Positions 36,829 through 49,240 of a DNA stretch of 64,000 nucleotides are shown here, piece after piece. Both the position numbers and the translations under genes were made by a program. The DNA lies in assembly GCA_943704425.1 (NCBI GenBank), contig CALSCP010001993.1:23777-87776 (forward strand), read 5' to 3'. The DNA is from Ministeria vibrans ATCC 50519. Lineage: Eukaryota; Protista; Filasterea. The notes beneath the pieces are model-generated. The model was given only the letters and a program-made list of their open reading frames with translations. It made no database searches and was not told where the DNA came from. Each line of letters starts with the position of its first letter. Position 1 is the stretch's first letter.

Positions 36829-37146
36829 CACGAGTCTGCACGAGCTCACGGCACCTATATTGCACCTTTGCAAATGCGGACACACAAATTATATAAAAAT
36901 ATTTGAAAATTCAAAATTGAATTATTTGAAAGCTTTTATGGCGACTCACTCCTGTTAGCGCACCGCTCTAAGCTCTGTACAAGTGTACAGCATGAGTGAT
37001 TAGCAGACAACATACTCTTTCCTAGTGTCCTTGGAGGATCAAGGCATAACTAAAATATTTTCTCAAATATATATATAATTATATTGAAAAGATTAAAGAC
37101 TGGGCACTGTATGTCTCTTTCTCTCTCTCATTCTCTTTCTCTCTCG

Positions 37147-38192
37147 CTACGAGATCGCCTGTAAGTACATTGCCGTCTCGCGTGTGTCGCGGTGTTCCTT
37201 TCCAAGCTTGGAAATTTGAATCTTCAACGACTGCTTCAGATTGTCACGAGCCTTCTTGGTCAACCCCAGTGCCGCTTGTACACGCGCAATACTCACACGC
37301 ACCTAAATCAACAATACACAAATACATCAATCCCCCCTGACACTCGAATGCGGGGGCGGGAAGACAGCGATACCTTTGACGCCTGAAGAGAGTCCTTGCC
37401 GTCACGCACTTCACGCAATTTGAGTACATCCGTGAATGTCGCAAGTGCCTCGTCGTTGTGGCCCAGCTTACGCAGCAAGTTCCCCATGTTCATCATAGCT
37501 GTCACCGTGTCAGCGTGATGACGCCCAACCTGTCCATAGTCAGTCAAAAAGAGATAAAACAAAAGTGAGCGATTCCTTAAACACCAGACAAAAAAAATGT
37601 GTTACGTTCTTGACACGAATCTCAATGACACGCTTCATCAGCTTCTTCGCCATATCACCCTTCCCGCTGTGCATCAACACCTCAGCCAACCTGCAAAAAC
37701 ACAACGCCATCAGTCGTTATACACATAATATAATTTTATGTCAGACACACAAAAATGCACACCACACGCACCACACCACACATACTACTCACACCCCACC
37801 ACAACACACATACGCATAACTTACACCATCATTGTGGTTGCAACACGCGGATGGGATCCGCCCAGATAGGCAGTCTCAATGGACCCGACGCGCTCGAACA
37901 TACGCCCCGCGTCCTTCCACTCTCCACCCGCCTTGTACGACTGTCCCAGGTTCCATAGTGCCTCTGCGCTGCGCAGGCTCTTGGCACCATGCAGATACTC
38001 CTTGATACGCACCACACGCTTGAACGACTTGATCGCCGGCTCAATCATCGCCGCCTGCTTGTACACATTGCCTAACTCACTCACCGTGTCCGCCACGGCG
38101 TCGTGTCGAGTCCCCAAAATCCCTTCTTGTACCATCAGCGATCGCTTCAGCACACGCACAGAGCTGTCATAGTCCTTCATACATCGATAACA
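37147..38192 (-). CDS. C-terminal TPR-repeat exons (nephrocystin-3/kinesin-light-chain type); probably the 3' end of the NACHT-TPR gene at 49239-54514
   Basis: Repeats such as LGTRHDAVADTVSELGNVY, LGGSHPRVATTM and VGRHHADTVTAMMNMGNLL. The first exon follows a poly(T) acceptor next to the 38213 gap; stop TAG at 37147-37149. Confidence 0.75.
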
Positions 38193-38219
38193 CTACGTAG
38201 CGCAAAAAAAAANNNNNNN

Positions 38220-40343
38220 GCCTCGGTCGTGTTTGGCGCGATGGCAGCACCCCCGGGACACATGGAGCCATTGGGTCGCCAGTCGCGGTCGCTGGGACCC
38301 GTTGAGGAGACGGACTGGCCGATTAGCGCACGACGCTTCCACGAAGACTACGTCGCGAAAAACAAACCGTTGATCATCCGCGGTGCTGCGGTGGATTGGC
38401 CGGCGATGACTCGCTGGGCCGAGGACTCGGATATGGCCAAGCGATTTGGCGCCTTGAAGATCGAGGTAGGTGAACAGAGAGAGTGCGAAGTGTGAGATGT
38501 GGTTTCCAAAACGTTTTCATGTTTTGCCGATCGTGCACCGTTAAACAACGCCCGCTGCTTAGGCGGAGACTGTGAAAAAGGAGACACGCAACATGGGCGA
38601 GGAGAAAAAGACGGGCAGCGTGAAGAAGATGACGTTTAAGAAGTTTCTCAAAACATATCGCAAGGAGGAGTTGTATGCAGTGCAGTACTTGGTACGAAAG
38701 ACACACGATGGCCTTTGGTTGAGACGGCACACCCTCTCATTGATGTATCTGTATGTTGTACGTGTGCACGCATGTATGTTATTGATGTATCTGTATGTTG
38801 TACGTATATGACTGTGTGTGTGTGTGTGTGTGTGATCAGTGAGCTTCGTGCTTGGTGTACGTGGTGTGCGTGCGTGCTTTGTACGTCTTTGTGTGTGTAT
38901 GTGTTATTGATTGTATGGATGTAGCCAAAAGAGATGGCCAAGGATGTGCTGATTCCATCGTTTCTCATGTGCGACTACACGCTCAACCGATTCACCGAGG
39001 TGAATCTGTGGATGTCGTCTGGTGAGGGAGAATTACGAGCGCAAAGAGACGGGCATGCTAATGCACGCCTTTTTTTCTTAGGCGGGACTGTGTCGGTATT
39101 GCACATGGATGTGGACGTGGAGAACATATTAACTATTGTGGATGGCGTAAAAGAGGTACAAGAGGAATTTGTTTTATGAATTGTGTTGATTTTTGTTTGT
39201 CGCAGCTGGTTGTTATGCCTCTGGAAGAGATCAGCAATGTGCATTGTGAAGATGCTAAGGTGTTTGGCACGTCGCCCATTGATGCGGATGCGGTGGACCT
39301 GGAGAAGTACCCGCGCTTTGTCAACCTGTCGCACTACTCGGCAGCATTGCGCAAAGGCGACTCGCTGTACATTCCACAGGGCTGGTGGCACCAGGTAAGA
39401 ACACGGCATTGTGTCGCTCCCTTCCCCCCACCCAGTCTATTAAGACGGTATATGGTTTTCCATGACGGTGCAGGTGCGATCGACCGGGCGCAACATTGGG
39501 GTGAACATCTGGTGGAATCGGGTTCATGAGGAGCGACACGTTGACCCATGGCTGCGCAAGACCGGGCGCGTCGAGGAGTTTGAAGGAGACGCGTGCCTGA
39601 AGCAGCGGGCATGGAAGGAACTGTCACGGCTGCTGGAGACGCGCAGCACTTGCACGCATGCCGACTACTTGAAGTATGGCGTGTTTCAGTTCCGTGGGGA
39701 CGGGGCGCGCGTGTCGCCACGTCTCTTGTCGCTGCAAGAGTCACATGGGGTCAACCTGTGGGACAGCAAGGGTAGCGGCATTGTGTTTGACTCGCTGGCG
39801 AAGCGCAAACTCAAGCAAACCAGTCGTGTCGACTCGCACCCGTTTCCCAGTGACGACGACATTGCCAAGGTACTCGCAGAGTCCAAGACAAAGAGTTCGG
39901 CTGAGGAGAACACGAGCAAGGTCAAGGCAAGGCAGGAGGTTAAGAGGCATCAAGGCAAGGAGGAGATGAAAAAAAGGGCAAAAACAAAGGCGAATGCAAA
40001 GCCAGTTGTTGTTGCGGACGACGCGGAGCAGGAGGAGGAGGAAGAAGAGGGTAGCTTCAAGTTTGAGCTGGCGGACGAGGATATGGTGGATCCGATGTTT
40101 GCCGGTGCAGGTGTGGCATCTTCGCGAACGACTGACAAAGACCCTATGCCGGCGAATGGAGCGTCCGAGAAGAATAAGAAGAAAAAGGTGTCGTCGGGGC
40201 TTGTCTTTGACGACGACGACGACATTGATTCGGTCGTCCTTCCCGAAGGGTTCAGCGGCGCCTTTCCCGACTCCGATTATGATGTGTTTGCGCCGTTCAA
40301 CGGAAAGCCCGTACATCGCTCCAATGCTGACATGAGTACATAG
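38220..40343 (+). CDS. JmjC/cupin_8 2-oxoglutarate oxygenase (JMJD7/JMJD8-like) with a charged low-complexity tail; N-terminus cut by the gap
   Basis: PPGHMEPLG, FHEDYVAKNKPLIIRGAAVDWPA, NLWMSSGGTVSVLHMD, GDSLYIPQGWWHQVRS and NIGVNIWW. The HxD..H iron ligands are intact. Six exons. Confidence 0.88.
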
Positions 40344-40455
40344 TCTTCCTATCATTATTCTGATTGTTTTTTATATTTGATTTTGATTGATTGATTGTTT
40401 GAGCGAGTGTGATCTTGTGTAAATAACGTATTGTTGACAGTATTTTTAAGTTCAC

Positions 40456-42301
40456 ATGCTGCTTTTTTGCGCATTCTGCCTGCTACAGGTGGCGCTGGGC
40501 TCGAAAATGACCGATGGCCTCGTGTTTGAGGCACGTGCGGCGGAGAGTCGAGGAGAGTTGGCGCTGGCAGCCGAGTACGAGACGACAATGACCGCAAATT
40601 AATAGTGAATCAAACGTCAACTTGCGCTGTCGTAGAATTCAGCTGAAGGCGGTCCAAGACCAACGGTATCATCCAAAGACCACGCCCGTTGTGGTCGATG
40701 CACTTCTCTCGTCGGCTTGGATATGTATGCGGGTGGGCCGTTTTGGCGATGCAATTCACCAGTTGAATGTTGTCGATGGGAAGTCGCGCACGCCAAGCGC
40801 TGCCTCGGCACGACTGCGGCAGCTCATGTACACCATTGTTTATGGCGATCGAACGGTGGGAACGCCCCAAATGGCGACGGAGGCCCCTGCCGAGTTCACC
40901 GACGACGAGTGGTTTGCGCCGCCGACGGCTCGAGCGTTGCCGGAGGGCGTCGAGCGCACGGATTCGCACCAAGTGTCGCTGGGCACAAATGCGACGAGTG
41001 TTGGTGACTTGCGTCAGCGATTCTTCCAGTTTGTTGCGTCCGACATGTTCCGCAACGACTTTTACGAGCGCGAGCCGGTTCTGATTAAAGCGTACAATAC
41101 GTTCGCCGGCGCCTACTCGTGGTCCGTCATCGCACGGGACGTGTACGGAGGTGATCTTGAAGACGAATCTATGATTAAGGCGCCCAACGTGGGCTCGCTC
41201 AATCGTTCGTTCGAGACGGAGACACTCGTGCCGGGCGAGCCGAATGGCAAAAATCTGCAGTTGCCTTGCGACATGGATTGTGCCAAGGCACAGCTGGCGC
41301 TTAATCGAACCATCGTGTTTAACGGCGCCAATCAATGGGTAGCACGTCTGGCCGCCATGACGCGCAACATGACGCGTGCAGTGCACCAGCCGACCAACGT
41401 CAATGTGTACATGTCGCCCCCTGGCGTGCGCAACACCATCAACGTGCACAACGACCTCCAAAGTGTCTTTGTGGTGCAGCTGGAGGGTGCCAAGCACTGG
41501 CGCTGTTGGGTTGTCGACGAACTAATGCGTCCGCTGCTGCCCTCATCGGCCGTGGGTAAGTCGGCGGAGACACGCCCAAGCTTCACACCCACGACGCCCC
41601 CGACCATCGACCTTGTCCTGCGCCCCGGCGACATTCTGTACGTGCCCCGCGGCGTGCTCCACACCACTAGCACCGATGTCGGCGACGGACCTGGCGCCTC
41701 GCAGACCTCCATGCACCTCACTTGGGGTGTAGAAGTCTTGTGGGAGGTACATCAAAATTATTATCAAGAAGCTCTGCTGTACATTATTTTAATAATATTA
41801 ATCTTCATTACGTCTTAGATTGGAGCAATGTTTAATTGGGCGTCGCTGCTGATGGCAAGCATGGGAGAGGTGTCGGTCAGCATGACGGCGCTGACGGACG
41901 ACGGACAAGAGACTGAAGAAGCAATGGAGCTGCTGGGTGGAGACTGGTCCGATGCAACGATGCTGACGCCCGTGTGGGCTCAAGCATGGAACCGCGCCGT
42001 TGAGTCGCTCGAGAACAGCGACATGCGCTTTCGCCAACTTGTCTCTCCAGCACTGTCCAACCCTGAATTACCAGTGCGCAATCTTTCCAAGGACGGCGAC
42101 GACAACGACGACTGGAGAGACGCAGCGCGCCTTCGACTGCGTCTCCTTGTCGACGCCATGCTCGACGATCCGCAGCTCGAGAAGGATTTGCGGCTTGAGA
42201 TATCCACCAACCTCAATCGCGAGACTCGTTTCCAGGATCTCCTGGCTTCTCGAGCGCATCAACACGACTTGAGCTGGTCTGTCGACGGAGTCGACGTGTA
42301 A
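40456..42301 (+). CDS. RIOX1/NO66/ycfD-type (cupin_4) JmjC hydroxylase with an N-terminal signal peptide
   Basis: Exon 1 from ATG 40456 (MLLFCAFCLLQVALG...) splices in phase to 40636. Motifs NVYMSPPG, VHNDLQSVFVVQLEGAKHW, LRPGDILYVPRGVLH and SMHLTWG. Last exon 41819-42301. Confidence 0.85.
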
Positions 42302-42458
42302 TAAAGAATATCAACCTAAGAACGAACTAAGAACAACCTAATTCACATTTCATCAGAAAAATATCTATTGAAAGGATCAAATTATTGACATGTCTTAAAA
42401 CTCGTGGACTGTCAGAACAGAATCGTAGTGTGCACTTGTGCGGCGCGAAACGACGATA

Positions 42459-42501
<43 letters not shown>

Positions 42502-43080
42502 GCATCAGAATACAAAACGCACACGGAGATAAATATATAAAAACACACCATGCGGCCGTATTACCGTGCTTACTAGCAATGGAATGGATTATTAAAATGC
42601 ACAAAAAGTTGTTCAACAAATCAAAATAGAAATATATAGCACAAAAGGAGCAACTCCTCGCTGACGTCACCTGAAGATTATGGGTTCAAGAGATGAAAAG
42701 AATTTTTTCTTTTGTGACTCCCATCACGGAATATCCAATTTTTCCGTGTGGCGAAATGGATAACGCGTCAGGCTTCTACGTTTTTTTTCTTCTTTTTTTT
42801 TGCACTTCTTAATAATAAGTTTTATGTGTTATTTTCCGTTTTGACATGGAATATTTTAGTGTTAGTCACTAGTCAGCTATTTCGATTCAGTTACTCAGTC
42901 ATAAGTGGTCGTCTCTCGTCTCTCGTCTCGTCGATCAATTGGCACAATTGCTGTTATTGATCTGGAGACACAGACTAGAGTTTGGCCTCTGAAATCTGAA
43001 TCAATCATAAATGAATGGTCTGAGTCTCTGAGACACTATTATTCATTGGTGATTGCTCCATTCACCTATTTCAAACAAAA

Positions 43081-44840
43081 ATGTTTCTCTTTCTCTGCCT
43101 CTGCCAATTCGCATTTCTCGGCAGCACTCGCTCGCGCAAGTTTGAAGGCACGGTGACTGACAATGTCTTGCTTATCGTCGTGGACAACCTCCGCCCCGAG
43201 TTGACCAGCTTTGGAAGCAAATTTGCGCTGACACCAACATTGGACAAGTTCGCGTCACAGCCCAACACTACGACCGTGACACGCGCCTTCTGCCAACTGG
43301 CGTGGTGTGCCCCGTCGCGTTCGTCGTTTCTGACGGGTCGACGACCTGACGCAACACATGCCTGGACGTTTACCCGCTCGTTTCGTGACGGGCCCAACGG
43401 CACGTCCATTGTGACTCTTCCTCAGTACTTCAAGCAGTCCGGCTACTACACAACCTCCATTGGCAAGGTGTTCCATCCCCACCTGCCGGCGAACTTTGAC
43501 TACCCTGCGTCGTGGACAGACGAGCCATTCTTTGAAGACAAGCCAGAGTGTCCGCACAACACAATGTCGTGCAGCTACAACGGCACTGAAGCGTCCACGT
43601 TTGACGTGGACACTCGTGCAACAGACGTTGCCATTCAACGACTCGAGCGCGCCGCAGCCAATGCTTCGTCGTCGCCTTTCTTCATTGCCGTTGGCTATCA
43701 GTCGCCTCGTCTCCCCTGGTCGTTTCCCGTCTCCGTAACCGCACGCTATCCGCCCGTCGACCAAATGCCCACGCCGCTCCATCCCAATGCCACACGAAAT
43801 TCCCTTGAATGGTTTCGTCCAACTGAAATTGATCTCTACTCGGACGTGCGCAATGTATCTCACGACGCGCCCATGCCTCTCGCGCAGCAACAACGTGTGC
43901 GTCTCGCCTACTATGCTACTGTCTCGCACGTCGACGACCAAATTACGCGATTGCTTGCCTCCCTCTCATCACTGGGCCTTGACGAGCGCACCACCATTGT
44001 TATTTGTAGCGATCACTCTCAAAGCCTTGGCGAAGAGAACATGTTCTCGATGATGAATCTTCTCGACACCGCTCTCAAAGTGCCCCTGTTCATGTATGAC
44101 ATTTTTTTAAAAAAAAAACACACAAACATAAACGTGTGCACTCACGTTTGCTCACTCGCGCCCATATGAGCATTCTCTTCTCCTGGACTTCCCCTCACTT
44201 TTCTTTTTAGCCGCTCGCCGCGTGTGCCTCGTCCATCTTCGCAGTATACGTACCCAATTGAACTGGTGGACCTCTTCCCTACAATAGTGTCTCTTGTTGG
44301 TCTACCTCCACCGCCTTTCCCTCTACCTGGAACAGATCTCACGCCGGCACTGACACACAACACGCCCGTAAAGCCTCTCAATGCCTCCCTCAGCCAGATC
44401 ACCCGCTGCCACAATTGCAAGCTGGCCTACTACCTGTCCAAGACACACGAGTGCAAGTGGGACGCTGTCGCCGATCGCAACTACACCGTACCTTGTTGCA
44501 TGACGCCTGTTTACCTCTTTGACTATATGGGTACTTTTCAGCAGCCGACGAAAAAGTGTGTGTTGTGCCAGTTCACAGATACATTGCAAATGTAGGAATG
44601 TCAATTCGGACTCTGGAGTGGCGCTACACGTTGTTTTGCCGGTGGGACGGACTCCGTCTGACGGCCGACTGGGATGCGTGTCACGATGCGGAGCTGTTTG
44701 ACCATCGCAACGAAACTCAAGCATACACGCCGAACAACGTGTTTGAGCATGTGAATGTTGTCGGCGAGCACCCTGACGTCGCCTGGGACATGCGTCGTCG
44801 TCTCCAACGCGCATTTACGCCACACGACGTAAATGTATAA
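43081..44840 (+). CDS. Secreted/lysosomal iduronate-2-sulfatase-like sulfatase
   Basis: Signal peptide; NVLLIVVDNLRP; formylglycine motif CAPSRSSFLTGRRPD; TLPQYFK; GKVFH; SDH; ELVDLFPT; MGMSIRT..WRYT. Three exons. Confidence 0.9.
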
Positions 44841-45178
44841 GTGTGTATGTGTGTCTTACATGTTGCCGACGACGATGTATCCCAATTGTACATCATAATA
44901 ATTATGCAAAATAGAATACATATTCTTCTTTGCTGAGAACCCGAAGCCATAAGCCAATAGTATATAATTTATACGTATATAATATAGATAAGTGTCGTTT
45001 GAGAGAGTTTTTGTTTCTTTTTTTTTAAAAAAAAAACAATAAAATTAATAATAATAATTATTATTATTATGATTAGTATTAGTATAATAATAATAATAAT
45101 GATAATAATTATAATAATAAATTTATTATACTTTCTGATTGGTATTGTAAGTTGTACTTCAAAAAAAATATAGTAATG

Positions 45179-47730
45179 TTACTTCATTGCATTCCTTGCA
45201 AGATTCACCGCCACCACGACGCCCATAATAGCAAGGGTGCCGAGCAGACCACGAAAGAGGACGTCTGAGCCAGCAGATGATGAGCGCGCAGGACGCACAC
45301 CAGCCCTGGCGCCCAAGGCAGCACTCGCCGTCTTCACAGGGGCTTTAGCGCCTTCGCCAGTGCCCACCGTTTTCTTTTGGCGGATCTCCATGTGAATAGC
45401 AGCCGCCATCTTTTGCAACTCTTCAGGCTGCGGCGTGAAAGGCTCGGTGATGAGTTTGCGAATGCCAATAGCACGATTGATGGCTGCAATGGCGCCGTCA
45501 AAGTCGCCCTGGTCGAGACGCATCGCAGCAAGGGGGCAGAGCGTGCGAATCAACGATGAGTGGTCGCTACCGTGAGCCGCCTCTTTCATGGTGAGTGCTC
45601 GCTCGAGCGCCAACAACGACTCCTCTTGCTTGCCAGGCTGGCCCATGCAAATAGCGCCAATTTGATGGAGAACAGTGCCCATGGCGGCGGCGTGACTGTC
45701 GCCCGGCTGTGCCCGTAGAATGCTCAACATGCGTTCATACTGAACACAGGCCTCGTCGACGCGCTTTGCGGTCACAAGACAGGAGGCAAGGCCCTGCAGA
45801 GGCTCGATGAGCTCAAGCGACATGTCGTTGGCGCATGAAGCCGTGCGCATCGCCAGGGACTCCTCGCAAAGACGCACCGCCTCGTCGTTGTTGCCGCGCA
45901 GCTGCTCGAGCTGGCCCAGCTGCAACGTCACCAAGGCCACAGCGGTGTTTTCCGGAACCTTGTCGACAACCTTGACCTTCTCGTTGATGGATCGAGTAGT
46001 GGCGTCATTCTCCAAGTACATGGAGCGTGCAAGCGAGAAGTGATGGAGTGCGTCGTCGACGAGTGCGCGCACGGCTTCGTCCGAGCCACCGGCGGACTGT
46101 GTGGCATTGATCATGCGCATTTGAATGTTACCAATGGTGGTGTGCGTATCGGCAACACGCTCATTGTTGCGCCCAAAACTCTGTTCGAGCGACCCCACCG
46201 CACTCTTGAGCATTTCCAGGCCCTTTTCGTACTGCCCCAGACCCTCCGCGTACACTTGGCCCACGCGCATGAGCGTCACCGACGCCTGCTCGCTATCTTT
46301 GCCAAACACGGCGGCAAGCACCGAGTAGGCATCCTGCAACAACTGCGCCGCCGTCTCCACGCGGTTCAGTTGGAAACAAAGCGCCGCCATGTTGTGCAGC
46401 AGACGTGCATACATGGCGACATCGTACTCGCACACCTTGTGTGCAACCCCCGCCCGCGCACCTTCCAGCTCCAGTAGCACACGCGCCTCTCGCATCAGAT
46501 CCATCGATCGCTCAAACTCGCCCATGGCCTCGTATGCACCACTCATGCCAACCAGTGCCTTGACCTCAAAGTGCTATACGAAAAAAGAAAACAAAGAAGA
46601 AAAAAAAAAGAGTAAAATAATGATCGTACTGCGTTGGCTACTGTACAAATGCTTACCGTCTCTTTGGTCGCCTTGTAAATTTGATGGGCGCGTGTAAAGG
46701 CGCGCATGGAGTCGGCGTGACGTGCAAGTGAAATAAGCGTGCCGCCACGTGCGAAGCAGACGTGCGCCACTGCCATGGAATCGACGCCAAGCATCTTCTC
46801 GTACTTGTCGAGAACCGAATCAAGAGTACGCAACGCTGCTTCGGACTGGTTCGACAAGCGGTCGCGTGTGTTCGCCCAGTGGAACATGGCCTGTGCGTGG
46901 ACCAGTTGGGCGAGGGTGGGAGGTGACGAGAGGCTCCCGCGCGAGTCCAGGGCTGCACCCGTGCGCTTTGCAACATCGTCGGCCATGCGTGCCGCTTCGG
47001 CAACGTTGCCCTCCTTGAGCAAAAACGCGCTGAAATCAAGCAGCATATCGACAAAAAGGTCGGTCTTGGGGTCAGCATTGGACACCGCCTTGTTGGCCAG
47101 CTGAAAGGCATGCCCGTACAGCTTTGCCGTCATGGTGGGCGTGAGTGTGGCACTCGTGCCGCGCGTAGCAAAGAGTCGGCTTTGTGCCTGGACGACTCCC
47201 GAGAAGCGTGCAGCGTCGACGGCGAGCATGCGCTTCATGGTCGACTCTGTCGCCTCCTGCTCGCTTGCCGACGCACTTGAGGGCGACCCGGCGGACGAGC
47301 TCGTGCTTCGTTTCTTCTTGCGTGGCGACTGTTCCTGTTGAGTGCGCAAGTCGAACGCTTCGTCAATAGCCTCCTATTAGAGAGAGAGAGAGAGGGAGAG
47401 GGAGAGAGAGAGAGAGAGGGAAAGAGAAAGGAAGAAAGAGGGAGAGAGAAAACGTCAGGTCAAAATGCTTTTTTTTTTGGAGTCCTTCTTCGTTGATGAA
47501 AGGGTGGTATTCGTGTTGAGACGTACCTGCGCATCGTCGAGACGACGAAGAGAGCAGAGAACGAAGGCACGGCCTTCGGCAATGCGAGCATGCAGCTCAA
47601 CGACTGATTCTTTGGCGAGAGTCGAGTCGGCACTGACGGCTGCTTTCGCCTCGTCGTACTTGGCCAGGGCCTCCGCCGGCTTGTGTTCGTAGCGTAATCG
47701 TCGAGCAAGAGTGATAAGAGCTTCAGCCAT
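45179..47730 (-). CDS. TPR-repeat protein with a C-terminal transmembrane (tail-anchor) segment
   Basis: Three exons (47730-47527, 47372-46657, 46573-45179) with multiple KLC-type TPRs. Ends LLGTLAIMGVVVAVNLARNAMK. Confidence 0.75.
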
Positions 47731-47827
47731 GGTTGAGAGTGAGATTTTTAAATGAGACGTGCGATCGGAGATGATCAGCGAATGATCGAATGGCCATGCC
47801 ATGTGAGTGTGCCAGACACGAGTAATG

Positions 47828-47867
<40 letters not shown>

Positions 47868-47913
47868 GCGAATCACTTTGTGGGATGATCAGAAAATCTT
47901 TTGTAGTGCAGCC

Positions 47914-49202
47914 ATGGTTCCGTTTCGTCGACTCTTTGTTTCGGCTCTTCGGTCGTGTCCACGGCCGTCGCGAGCGAGCGCCGCCCGCGGTGGCGGTGCG
48001 ATGTCTTTCGTTGCTGTCGAGATGCAACGCTCTCGCACTGTCGCCACAGCGACAGGAAGCGCCGTGGGGCCCACGACGTCGATGTTCTTTGGGAGCCGTC
48101 GTGGCCGCATGCTGGGCACGGCGGGTCTGGCGGCTGCCGCGTCCCTTGGGGCGCTGTCGCTGCGACATGCTGTCATCGATCCGCATGCCGGCGACGCACC
48201 GGCCGACGGCGCCCCGCGCGGCTGGTTCGCCTCCTTCGTGGCTGCAATACTCCCCCATGCACCCATGGTTGCGTCGAGTGCTCTGAGCGACGACGACGAC
48301 GCCGACGACGACGAGAGAGGCGCCGACGCCGACGCACAAAGGAAAGCCGCTCTTTTGCTGAGCGGCAAGACCAAGTTTGACCCAACCGTGCTGTCGCCCA
48401 CGGCCCACCTGCGACCCTCTGGCTTTGTACACGTGGTACTTGTGATTGCGCGTGCCTTCCAGCTGGCAATCAACTTTACGCCCGTGATCATTGTCTACGT
48501 TGCGTCACGGCTGTACGCGCCGCTGGAGGACACCTTTGCCCGCATTCTCATCCACACAATGCAGTCGAATGGAGCGGCGCTCATCAAGTTTGGTCAGTGG
48601 GCAGCGAGTCGTTCTGATCTTTTTGGTCAGCTGCTATGCGATCGCTTCGCCTTTTTGCATGCACGAGCGCCGGCACACTCCACCGAGACGACCATGAGAA
48701 CGATTGAGCAGGCGCTGGGTCGCGAGAAACTCGAGCGTCTCGAGGGGCTGTCATCAGAGCCACTGGGCAGCGGCTGCGTGGCACAGGTGCACCAAGCGTG
48801 GTTGCGATTTAGCGAGGAGGAGGCGCGTGTCATTGACCAGGAGCACTACCACGAGAAGCTGCAGTGGCGCGTGGAGGAGAACGAGGACGGCACGCGCGAC
48901 CGCCTTACCCCAGTCGTCGTCAAGGTGATCCATCCGGGTGTACGACCGCTCATTGAACGCGACGTTGAGCTCATGATCTTCTTTGCTCACCTGCTTGAGA
49001 TGCTACCGGGCGGCAAATGGCTCTCCTTCGTCGACGCCGCTCACCAGTTCCGCGAGGTGCTTGTGTCTCAGCTGGATCTCACCGTCGAGGCTCGCTCTCT
49101 CCAGCGCTTCCGTCGGAACTTTGCCACGAACAAGCATCTTGTCTTTCCGCGACCCTTTGAATCTTTTCTTGCCAGCGAGGTCATTGTTGAGTCTTTTGAA
49201 GA

Positions 49203-49203
<1 letters not shown>
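47914..49203 (+). CDS. ADCK2: ABC1/UbiB atypical kinase, ADCK2-like; C-terminal half missing
   Basis: R/S/A-rich transit-like N-terminus, IKFGQWAASRSDLF (KxGQ), LGSGCVAQVH, VVKVIHP, QLDLTVEA..L.RF and VESFEE, then a gt donor into poly(A) with no downstream exon. Confidence 0.8.
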
Positions 49204-49238
<35 letters not shown>

Positions 49239-49240
<2 letters not shown>

